The notes below the pieces were generated by a model. The model worked only from the letters and a program-made list of their open reading frames with translations. It did no database searches and was not told where the DNA came from. Made by a program: the position numbers and the translations under genes. DNA of 64,000 nucleotides from an uncultured virus (IMG/VR IMGVR_UViG_3300033406_000383) (lineage: Duplodnaviria; Heunggongvirae; Uroviricota; Caudoviricetes). Shown piece by piece: positions 41,432 to 50,125 of the stretch (position 1 is its first letter; the number at the start of each line of letters is the position of its first letter). The DNA is taken from IMG/VR virus record IMGVR_UViG_3300033406_000383. One strand, given 5' to 3'.

Positions 41432-41926
41432 TTAATTACCAATCCATTCCTTGGAGAACTTATAGTACACTGACTTACCACTGATGAACTTATAGATAAC
41501 ACCGTATTCAATGAGACTGTTCATGATTTCTATGACATCAGCTTTGTCCATCCCTGTTAGTTTGATGATTGCCTTTTGATTCATAGGCATTCCATCGCTA
41601 TCACAGATAAAGTTGGACTCTAGGTTACAGAATGGAATTAACTTGAATAACATACGCTCTTCTCCAGGTTTAAACATGTGATTAATCACCGCCTCTTGGT
41701 TTATTAACTTGTGTACCTTGATAAATCCTGTGGATGGCTTGAGTGTCTTGCGTTTCTCTGCTTGGGACTTAAGGTACTCTTGTTTTATCTGATATTTTAT
41801 TACATTGGACTCATCCTTGTTTATGAGGTAGTCCACGGCTCGCTGAAGACGCTCTATGGTTTCATCTTTGGATTCTCCTTGGTATTCATCGATCTCTGAT
41901 TCCGTGGGCATCCATGGTTCTTGCAT
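41432..41926 (-). CDS. RepL-like winged-helix replication/DNA-binding protein
   Basis: FIKV...E.RMLFKLIPFCNLESN...MNQKAIIKLTGM...MNSLIEYGVI...YY resembles Firmicute RepL-type wHTH proteins. Confidence 0.6.
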   Translation of the reverse strand: MQEPWMPTESEIDEYQGESKDETIERLQRAVDYLINKDESNVIKYQIKQEYLKSQAEKRKTLKPSTGFIKVHKLINQEAVINHMFKPGEERMLFKLIPFCNLESNFICDSDGMPMNQKAIIKLTGMDKADVIEIMNSLIEYGVIYKFISGKSVYYKFSKEWIGN

Positions 41927-41977
41927 TGGATCACCTCCTTAGTTTCCTTTGGTTACGCAGATAGACATAGCAAGGCA

Positions 41978-42700
41978 CTAGATATTCCTACGAACCATCT
42001 CCTTTACTAAGGATTCCAAGGTAGCCTTGGTTTCAAGGTTTGGAACTTTGGATTTGTAGGTTTCTTCGAGTCCAAGGAAATACTTAGTGTACATTGTATT
42101 AACCATGTCTTTGAACTCTGGCAGCGTAAATTCTCCATATTTAATACTAAAGAGTGCTCTGTGATCATAGTTATCATAGGTCATAGCCTTAGCAAAATCC
42201 CAGTTAAATTCATGGAACCTCACAATAAAATCTAAGATTCTAAAGGCATGCAGAGCTTGCTTTGTATCATATCCATGTTTATCCATGAGCTCCTGTGTAC
42301 CCGATGTTGGACTTTGGATTCTCTTCATCTTCTCATGGAACATACCCTTGCAAGCAGAGTATAAATATGGAAGGTTCATAGTTACGATGTCTTGCTTCAT
42401 TGCTAACATTGGAAGAATCCAGTGGTCATATCCTGGAAATACCCTTTCCTTAGAATACAAGACTTCCAAGAAGTTCACATTGGCTTTCCAGAATAACTCA
42501 GTGAGCTTACGGATATCATGGACATCATAGTCTTCCTCTGTACCTACTTTGGACGTGCTGAACTTAGTACCACTATAGAGATCATCGAATGTCGGGAGCA
42601 CAAAGTATTTCCAGTCTTTATCACTGGTTTCATCATTGAGATTGTAATTGTGAGATCCTACGAGAGCCTTGAATACAACTTTACGATCATTGAACATCAT
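41978..42700 (-). CDS. predicted nucleotidyltransferase (pol-beta superfamily, Nuc-transf/RlaP-like)
   Basis: VGSHNYNLNDETSDKDWK (GS..D.D), KANVNFLEVLYS, YDTKQALHAFR. Confidence 0.85.
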   Translation of the reverse strand: MMFNDRKVVFKALVGSHNYNLNDETSDKDWKYFVLPTFDDLYSGTKFSTSKVGTEEDYDVHDIRKLTELFWKANVNFLEVLYSKERVFPGYDHWILPMLAMKQDIVTMNLPYLYSACKGMFHEKMKRIQSPTSGTQELMDKHGYDTKQALHAFRILDFIVRFHEFNWDFAKAMTYDNYDHRALFSIKYGEFTLPEFKDMVNTMYTKYFLGLEETYKSKVPNLETKATLESLVKEMVRRNI

Positions 42701-43242
42701 TGTTTCCTCCTTATAATTACATTGCAGCCATCGATCACCTGGGTATACCTACGATTAATAATGTCCTCCAGTGACACAGGGTAATACTGGGTATTCTCTA
42801 AACCTAAGAGCACATGACGATCACAGTAATACGGATAGTAAGCCTCGTCCTGCCTATGTTTACCACTATGCATATGACCATGGACATTGAGTCCTATGTC
42901 ATCACTGAGCATCATTGGAGCATGACTTAGAAGGACTCCACGGATTGTCATTGAATCACAGACCATGTTGAATCCTTGGTTCATTAACCATGTGTCTGTG
43001 AAGTGTTCATCGTGATTCCCTCGGATTAGTACTTTGGATCTGCATGGAATCCTACCTAGGTATCCTCGCAACTCTGACTTCCTTGCAAATATGGTATCTC
43101 CAAGATGAATCAGTGTGTCCTCTGGCTTGATAAGTTTGCAGTGATTAACAATGATTAATTCATTGAAGTTGTCTGGGCGACCCTCGAATGCTTTGATGTT
43201 CTCGTGGTTAAAGTGAGTGTCTGTGGTGATCCATGTATTCAT
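42697..43242 (-). CDS. calcineurin-like metallophosphoesterase
   Basis: DTHFNH, HLGD, GNHD, SHAP, HGHMH. Confidence 0.92.
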   Translation of the reverse strand: MNTWITTDTHFNHENIKAFEGRPDNFNELIIVNHCKLIKPEDTLIHLGDTIFARKSELRGYLGRIPCRSKVLIRGNHDEHFTDTWLMNQGFNMVCDSMTIRGVLLSHAPMMLSDDIGLNVHGHMHSGKHRQDEAYYPYYCDRHVLLGLENTQYYPVSLEDIINRRYTQVIDGCNVIIRRKQ

Positions 43243-43329
43243 TATTACCTCCTTAGTTTCCTTTAGTTACCTAGTTAAGCATAGAAATTCCACAGTTCAC
43301 ATCCGCAAACCATGTCCATCCCTTACTAT

Positions 43330-43358
43330 ATGATACTACTTAGTTTCCTATGTGTCAA
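43330..43358 (-). promoter_or_regulatory. leftward sigmaA promoter with AGGAAACTA in the spacer
   Basis: TTGACA-cataggaaactaagtag(17)-TATCAT. Confidence 0.8.
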
Positions 43359-44148
43359 CAGTTTCCTAGAAATATTTATGTTATTCCTGGATAATCTTTG
43401 TAACACATTGCTTCCTATGTAAATATCACCGCACCCTATGTATTTTCTATGTTCAGCACTAAACTGCATTGGTCACTACAATAACACCCACTGGTGCTGC
43501 CTTGAGACCATGATTTCTATGGTTCCACTGGTATTCTGATGGTTCTCAGGTATAACTAGGTATCACGTAGATATAACTCTGGATTATACGGGGGTAAACT
43601 TTGGAATATCACCATATAGGTATGGTTATTCGGAGGTGTCCTGTGCATAATCTTAGGTAAACTTGGTGGGCAAAGTAAGCCGAGGCAATACCGCCCTCGC
43701 AGCTCTCAAGGTCTCCCAGTTTGGTCTGTGAAATATCACCGTACCCACCGCGAAGCCTTGTATTATGCGACATTTCACAATTCTAACTAACGATAATCTT
43801 ACATTATCACTAGTTTAATATGTACCATTGCAGTATAGTATTAGTTTACTATAATCTATGTTAACTATGATCAATACTGTACAACATAGGTATAGCCACG
43901 GCTATACATGGGCACTCCTGGCTATATGCGTATATGCAAATGTAATCATATGCAATGGTATGGAATATGCGGGACACTATTTGTCCCTAGCATCCCTAGA
44001 TCCTTTGTATATTTATGCATAATCTATGTATATCTATGCATCGCTAGGATGCCCAGTGTATGACTATGTATAGCCTATGACCTTCCGCAGCTACTATGCT
44101 CAACCCAATAAACTTATAAGAAAACTATGCTATTCAATGAAATAATTC

Positions 44149-44177
44149 TTGACTCTTAGGAAACTATATAGTATAAT
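44149..44177 (+). promoter_or_regulatory. rightward early sigmaA promoter with AGGAAACTA in the spacer
   Basis: TTGACT-cttaggaaactatatag(17)-TATAAT, AT-rich upstream. Confidence 0.85.
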
Positions 44178-44230
44178 AAAGATAGTTAAGGAACACCTTA
44201 ACACATACATAACTAAGGAGGTGAAAGTCA

Positions 44231-44377
44231 TTGGACTACATAGGCTATATACTGCAAGTCATTGGTTACATACTGCAGTACGGTGCATACCTTGCGTCTA
44301 TCATATGGTTCATACTGAATGTCATTGATAGACAAAAGAAAAAGAGCCAGACACCAGGCAACGGTGAAAAGCTCTAG
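44231..44377 (+). CDS. 48-aa hydrophobic peptide with basic tail, type I toxin-like
   Basis: AAGGAGGTGA RBS, TTG start; MDYIGYILQVIGYILQYGAYLASIIWFILNVIDRQKKKSQTPGNGEKL. Confidence 0.7.
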   Translation: MDYIGYILQVIGYILQYGAYLASIIWFILNVIDRQKKKSQTPGNGEKL

Positions 44378-44420
44378 GGAAACACTGGAGTACGGAGGGC
44401 ACACAAGCCTTCCCTACTCA
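44334..44420 (-). ncRNA. putative cis-antisense (antitoxin-like) RNA
   Basis: Consensus TTGACA-18-TATAAT promoter on the minus strand (44426-44455); two hairpins; final AGAGC...GCTCT stem followed by a T-rich tail. Confidence 0.6.
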
Positions 44421-44456
44421 CCTAAATTATAGCCTATGAATTCCTATGATGTCAAT

Positions 44457-44609
44457 ATGAAAAACATAATTTACCCTTTGATCATTATGTCATTCGTAGT
44501 AATTCAAGTACATTCCCAGTATAACAACATATTCACAGAGGTGCTGCTATGGGTAACCCTGGTTCCTACGGTCTACATTGTAGTCAAAGAAATTCTAAGG
44601 AGGCGGTAA
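44457..44609 (+). CDS. 50-aa two-TM membrane peptide
   Basis: MKNIIYPLIIMSFVVIQV...VLLWVTLVPTVYIVVKEILRRR; no clear RBS. Confidence 0.5.
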   Translation: MKNIIYPLIIMSFVVIQVHSQYNNIFTEVLLWVTLVPTVYIVVKEILRRR

Positions 44610-44611
44610 TA

Positions 44612-47600
44612 ATGAAGCTCAAAGATTTACTATGGCATTTAAAAGGAATGCACCCAGACAGCGAAGTATACTTTGAAGATCATAGCACTGGTAAGGAAGT
44701 TCGCTATGAATTCTCCGATACCATGGTTGATGAACTAGGAGACATATGTATACATAATTACAATGATTATAACAAAGTAGACTAAGCTAACACAGTATCC
44801 AAAGGAAAGGCGGTGGCATCCATGAGGTAAGCGCAGTTCGTTTCACTCATAAACAATGAAAGCGAGGTGAGACCATAATGGAACCCAGGAGGCGAGGGTA
44901 ATTCATAGCCCTCCATAGAGGCCATTGAATGTCAGTGGCTTGTATGGTAGTCTATGAAATTCAAAGGAGTGTTAATGGTGAATGCAAAGGTTTATATCTT
45001 AGAAACAATCAATAAAACCAATGGCTTCAGAGAAACTATACAATACACTGGAAGCCTAAGAAATAAGCCGAAGGGCTACAAAGTAATAAAATGCATTGGT
45101 GACAAAGATAACGATGCAAATCCACCATATGGCAATGGTTTACAGTATTAACCTGCCCGATGAGTCCTGAGTAGTTCTTAGGCGAAACTCTTAGAATGTA
45201 GGGAAATTCTAGGAGTCGCAGGAAACTATGATACACTGGTAACAATGCTTGCCTAGTATCATCCTCGAATCATTGGTTATCACATGACCGCGAGACTGCT
45301 CAAGTCGAGCTTTCGCATATGTGACACTGTATAGCATAGAATTAGACCTTGTTAATGTCCTGGACGGGTCAACGTCTTTTCTTATGTGTATATGGGATAC
45401 TAAAGGAAACTAAGGAGGTCACAATGATAACAAAGCAAACCTTTGATAAACTATATGATAACCTGTCTATTATACTAGGAAACTTATGTGCCAATGATTA
45501 CAAACAGGCTAACAGCGGTAAACGTCGGACCACGAAGACAGGTAGAAAGGTCCATATATCATACAGTCTATCCGACGAATCCCTAGAGGCTAAAGAAACA
45601 TTGGACCTACTCTGTAAACATGGCGAGTCAATGGACCTGGCAATCGAAGAAATTATCAAAGGTTATATCATGAGGATTCGCCTACTATTCCCTAGTTACC
45701 TTGAGAGGCCCGCATCATGATCAAATACGCAGTATTCAAAGGTAAAGCCAAGGATTTCAAAGGATTCAGTGAATTCAAAGTAATAACGAAAGGCAAGGTG
45801 TAAACGATGAATAAAGAGCCAAAGTTTAATATTGGAGATACAGTGGAAGCAACATGGACTGGAGGTCATACATCAGTACACATTATTACTGTAATTGGAG
45901 AAAATCATCATGGGTACTGGTATTCATGGAAATATAGTAAGTACGGCAACGGTTTACATGAAAAGTATCTTCGCAAAATCAAAGGAGCAGTGCTTAACAA
46001 TGATTAAAATTAAGATCAACACAGGTAACGAGGCATTCGATGGAGATCAAAGAGACTATGAAGTCGCAAGAATACTAAGAGAATTAGCGGATAACTTTGA
46101 AAATTGCACTGGTAGATTCAAGGGACTTTATGATGCCAATGGTAATCAGTGCGGAACCGTGGAATACACAGGAAAGGACAGGTGTTAAGCAATGGAAGCT
46201 ATGACTAGAACCTTCGACATCCATTATAACGACGGTGCATACTACGGCACAGTGACATTCAATGATTTATCACAGAAAGACATTGAAACTGAGATACAAA
46301 GGGAAATCAGTAAAAACAATGCTCACATGGACAAATATGCAGATCATTCAATGTATCATATTTCAAAGAAGAACTTCAAGGAGGTAACACCATGAACACT
46401 CAGCGTATCAAAGTAGCACTGGACAACCTCGAATACTTAGACAACCAATTATATACATTGATGACCAATAAGAAACTCCGCAGGGTTGACTATGCAGAAC
46501 TAAAGAAAAACATTGACCATACCAAGGGACACCTGCAGGAATGCATCAAAGAAAGCGAGGAATCACAATGTTAACAATATATTCCAATGGCTCAGGTTTT
46601 GACGATGAAAAGCCGTGGCTTGCTGTGCCTCCCTGCTCAATCGAAGTATTGTTACAGGTACTCGCAGAACATGCACTAGATAAAACATTTGAAAAATACG
46701 GGAACTTCATAGAACGCAATGTAGTGTTAAGAGATGGAACAAAGTTGCCAGAGGGAACAGTGATATTCTTTGGTAATTTCCGCAGTTACTCCCATGTATT
46801 CCGCATTGTTACCGATGACACAGAGATTATCCAACAGTTAACCAATGCTATCAATGAAAATAAACTAAGAGAAGACTATATTTCACAGTGAACACTGTTT
46901 TATTATGCCATCCCACGCTACCAAAGGAAACCAAAGAAAGGAGGTGATAACATGGACAACCAAATAACCTCAGTATTTGACTCAGAGAAAACTCAGTCAA
47001 CCCTAAGCACTGTCTTCGTATCCAATGGCTGCATTAATAACCATGATCTAAACTCAGCAATCATCACAGAAATTAAGACTAACAAAGAGCTCCAATATCA
47101 AGCAATGAATAAACGTATGAGTCCCTCGGATATCGTATGGCGAGCATTGGTGGTCATTGCTAACCAGTGCCTTACCGAAGACTATTCGAGGAAATATACT
47201 GCCTCCCTACCCCATCTTGAGCACTGGTTAGCAATGTATAATGGGAACATTAAGGAGTCCGTGGAATACGTGGAAAGACTCTGAAGTCTGGAGTATGCCA
47301 ACGAATAAGCCTATGAAATTCGTTGGTATCATCGAGAAATTAGAGAAAGGCAGTGATAACAATGACAAAATATAACGTATACAGTGGTAACTCAGAATAT
47401 CCAATAATGACATGCGACAATTTCAAGAAAGTACAAAAGATAATGCAAAGTGTTACCCATCCACACATGATAATCACGTATAACAGAGTAGTATCGGAAA
47501 TGGAAATCAAAGGGTGGTCAAGGTCTCGTATGGTTGAACTATGGAAGTCAGCGGAATCATGCCTATACAGTGGTTATGTCCCTAGAGGCTATAATACAAA

Positions 47601-48063
47601 GGAATCTTTAGAATTACAAGCAATCGTAGAATTAAACTGTGGTTATATGATGGAAATTATGGGACATCTACAGGAATACAGAGATCAAACATTATAAAGG
47701 CGAGGTGTTAACAATGGATAACAAGATGTATACAGCAGCCCAGGTTCTAGCCTATGCATCAACTATGTTAAAGCCAGGACTATCTACAGATACCAAAGAT
47801 AGCATTGAAGAAAACCAAAGATTACAGGTATTTATAGGGTGCTTTACATTGAATGACAGTAGTGGCATTGATAAATTCTTAGAATCTGAGAAATCAAAGA
47901 AATTAATCAAAAGATACACTGAACAACCGTATTAAGGAGGTCAACCAATGAAGCTCAAAGAACGCCTAGCATTACTCCTAGTACTCACTGTAAAGGCGGT
48001 GAAATAATGCTACACTTATGCTTATGTGCCTTTGTACTCTTAGTATTCTTCGGTAACAAGTGA
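44612..48063 (+). CDS. cluster of roughly 12-15 small early genes of unknown function (host-takeover-type region)
   Basis: Tightly packed 55-120 aa ORFs with GGAGG/GAGG RBSs (e.g. 44612-44785, 45424-45720, 45807-46007, 46000-46188, 46192-46395, 46392-46574, 46568-46891, 46952-47284, 47353-47697, 47705-47935). Confidence 0.7.
45152..45229 (+). ncRNA. type I hammerhead ribozyme (variant core CCGAUGA), predicted cleavage after C45217
   Basis: Stem I CCTGC/GCAGG; core CCGATGA...GAAA; stem II CCTGAG/CTTAGG closed by G-C; stem III CTCTTAGAA/TTCTAGGAG; GTC triplet; loop II TAGTT complementary to downstream AACTA. Confidence 0.75.
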
Positions 48064-48071
48064 TAAACAAT

Positions 48072-48099
48072 GAGACCTACGTTAATTCGTAGGTTTTTT
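48072..48099 (+). terminator. terminator of the early operon
   Basis: GACCTACG-ttaatt-CGTAGGT followed by TTTTT. Confidence 0.8.
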
Positions 48100-48219
48100 C
48101 AGGCCATTACAGCGGTTCAATCCTAGTACCCTTATAGTAAGCCTAGGCAACTATGTAAAACAGCGTGGCGAGGCTCATAGGGTGGTCTAAATGGATTCTA
48201 AGATATTTACAGAATATCA

Positions 48220-48248
48220 TTGACAATTAGGAAACTATATAGTATACT
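48220..48248 (+). promoter_or_regulatory. sigmaA promoter with AGGAAACTA in the spacer, facing the antirepressor 3' end
   Basis: TTGACA-attaggaaactatatag(17)-TATACT. Confidence 0.75.
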
Positions 48249-48295
48249 TATATACATAGAGAAAGACCTACGAATTAACGTAGGTCATCCAATGA

Positions 48296-49108
48296 CTAAG
48301 CCTTGAGTCTATCTAAGACCCTCTGTACATCTTCTATGGTTTCAATCTTTGTTATCCTTGGAGGAACTATGTTCCTATACGTGGAATTCATCACTTGATC
48401 TATGAATCCAATGCCACTCGGAGTAACCAAAGTTTGAAACTGACCATAGCCTCTACTGACTCCCTCGGTTACAGTGAAATACCCTGCAGTTATGAATTTC
48501 TGATAAGGCTCATTGGTACTCATGAGGATTCCACGGCTTCTAAGGAATGCGAAGAGCCTATCCCTGCCAGTACCTAGAGCCTTGGCTGCTTGTGAAATCG
48601 TTTGGTTGCCGTGGGAATTCATGAATTTATCAAAGGCATTAACTTTGGGAGCATTGGCTTCTATGGTGTCCTGGGAATCCGCGAGCATACGCAGAGCTTC
48701 TTGAAATGTCTGTGGTAATGTAGTATACTGAGAATTAGCTTGTGGGTTGATATGTGAAACGAAGGCGGTCGCTAAAACATCCTTGCATTTCAATTGATAT
48801 TCTACAAGCTTTTCCTGTGTATCGGAGTTTACTATATTAGCATTGATCTTAGCAAGCCATAGAGGAAGGTATGTAATTTCTATACAATAAGCATCTTGAT
48901 CACCGCCATTCGAAGGAGTGACAATTCTTTGTATCCCCTTTGATAACACAATATCTCCTTGAATCTTCGCTATCTGGTGCTTACCTTGACGATCACTAAG
49001 TCCTAATCCCTTACATATCCATCGAATACCTACATAAATACCTTCGTCATTCTTAACACATGTCAAGATATCTCCCATGAATTCAACGTTCTTAACTATG
49101 TTAGACAT
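48296..49108 (-). CDS. phage antirepressor (P22 AR N-terminal-like + KilAC/ANT domain)
   Basis: VEFMGD...YVGIRWICKGLGL...LPLWLAKIN...YQLKC; LPQTFQEALR..PKV..FD...GRDRLFAFLR...TLVTPSG. Confidence 0.88.
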   Translation of the reverse strand: MSNIVKNVEFMGDILTCVKNDEGIYVGIRWICKGLGLSDRQGKHQIAKIQGDIVLSKGIQRIVTPSNGGDQDAYCIEITYLPLWLAKINANIVNSDTQEKLVEYQLKCKDVLATAFVSHINPQANSQYTTLPQTFQEALRMLADSQDTIEANAPKVNAFDKFMNSHGNQTISQAAKALGTGRDRLFAFLRSRGILMSTNEPYQKFITAGYFTVTEGVSRGYGQFQTLVTPSGIGFIDQVMNSTYRNIVPPRITKIETIEDVQRVLDRLKA

Positions 49109-49319
49109 TATGAACCTCCTCCCCATATACAAAGAGTTCGTTGATACAATCAGCATTCTTCGCTACTACAAAGTAGCACTCAGTAAACGCAATGGAAATC
49201 CCTTCGAATACAAAGGTATCCGCTGCTTTCATGGTCTTCAGCAAATGTAATGCTTTCTTTGTGCTCATTGTTCTTGTCCCGATTTCTCCCATGTCATTGT
49301 TAAAGGTGATCTTAGTCAT
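49101..49319 (-). CDS. small hypothetical protein upstream of the antirepressor
   Basis: AAGGATGTG RBS; MTKITFNND...; overlaps the antirepressor start. Confidence 0.55.
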   Translation of the reverse strand: MTKITFNNDMGEIGTRTMSTKKALHLLKTMKAADTFVFEGISIAFTECYFVVAKNADCINELFVYGEEVHNV

Positions 49320-49345
49320 GTTGTTGCACATCCTTTTGATTAATT

Positions 49346-49400
49346 CGTGGTTAACAACCACGTTATCTTTATTATAAACGTGGTCAATGACCACTGTCAA
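49346..49400 (-). promoter_or_regulatory. consensus promoter with two palindromic operators GTGGTY-N3-RACCAC
   Basis: TTGACA-18-TATAAT on the minus strand (49371-49400); palindromes at 49346-49362 and 49380-49394. Confidence 0.8.
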
Positions 49401-49413
49401 GGAGAAATATGCT

Positions 49414-49644
49414 ATGTTTAACAAAGATATTTTAGTGGAAAGACTTAATGTATTAATGAATGATAATAAGATTACAAAGCAAGCACTGGCTAGTCATATT
49501 GGTATACATAGATCATCAGTGAGCCAAATATGCCATGGTGTAAATTTACCTTCTATAGATACTCTTGTGGCTATCGCAGAATACTTCAATGTAACCACTG
49601 ACTATTTACTAGGAATATCAGAGAACCCTAAGAGCCATAGTTAA
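49414..49644 (+). CDS. XRE-family repressor
   Basis: ERLNVLM...ITKQALASHIGIHRSSVSQICHG..LPSIDTLVAIAEYFNVTTDYLLG. Confidence 0.9.
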   Translation: MFNKDILVERLNVLMNDNKITKQALASHIGIHRSSVSQICHGVNLPSIDTLVAIAEYFNVTTDYLLGISENPKSHS

Positions 49645-49700
49645 TTCTGTGGCTCTTTTGTTATTTTATGGTATAATCTGTATAAAAGGCAGGTATACCT

Positions 49701-49889
49701 ATGATCATTATCTTTGTGATTCTTATGGCATTCGTAGCACTACTAAACCCGAACAAAGGATTCTTCTCTGTCATCCTAATGACCATAATGTTAGCTATTG
49801 GACTCATTCAATTCCCTAGTCTATTTGTAGCTATCATTGTAGGCACTGTTATTTATGGAATTTACTATGTACTTAAGAATAACCTTTGA
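49701..49889 (+). CDS. small membrane protein
   Basis: Almost entirely hydrophobic; own TG-N-TATAAT element upstream. Confidence 0.6.
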   Translation: MIIIFVILMAFVALLNPNKGFFSVILMTIMLAIGLIQFPSLFVAIIVGTVIYGIYYVLKNNL

Positions 49890-49990
49890 ATACGAGGACA
49901 TTCCTATGCGTTCCATGATAAAACCTTACCACGGGATTCCTATGGTGGTCTAATGTCATTCCAAGGAAACCAGCCATGATAGAACCTTAT

Positions 49991-50092
49991 AAAATCACTG
50001 GAGCGATCCCACGGAAATCCCATGGTAAACACTTCGAAATCCCTGGAAGGTTTCTCTGAAATCCCTGGACATATTCATGGAAATTACATAAA
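49991..50092. repeat. five degenerate direct repeats AAATC(A/C)C(T/A)(G/T)G at ~22-bp period
   Basis: AAAT cores begin at 49992, 50015, 50037, 50059, 50081 (the last is the most degenerate). Confidence 0.6.
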
Positions 50093-50125
50093 GCATAGGG
50101 TATACTATGGATAGGAGGTGTCACT

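Noticed and set aside
43421..43745. TATCACCG matches the lambda operator half-site
   Set aside because: No symmetric partner half-site and an unrelated host group; treated as coincidence, though the local repeat is reported
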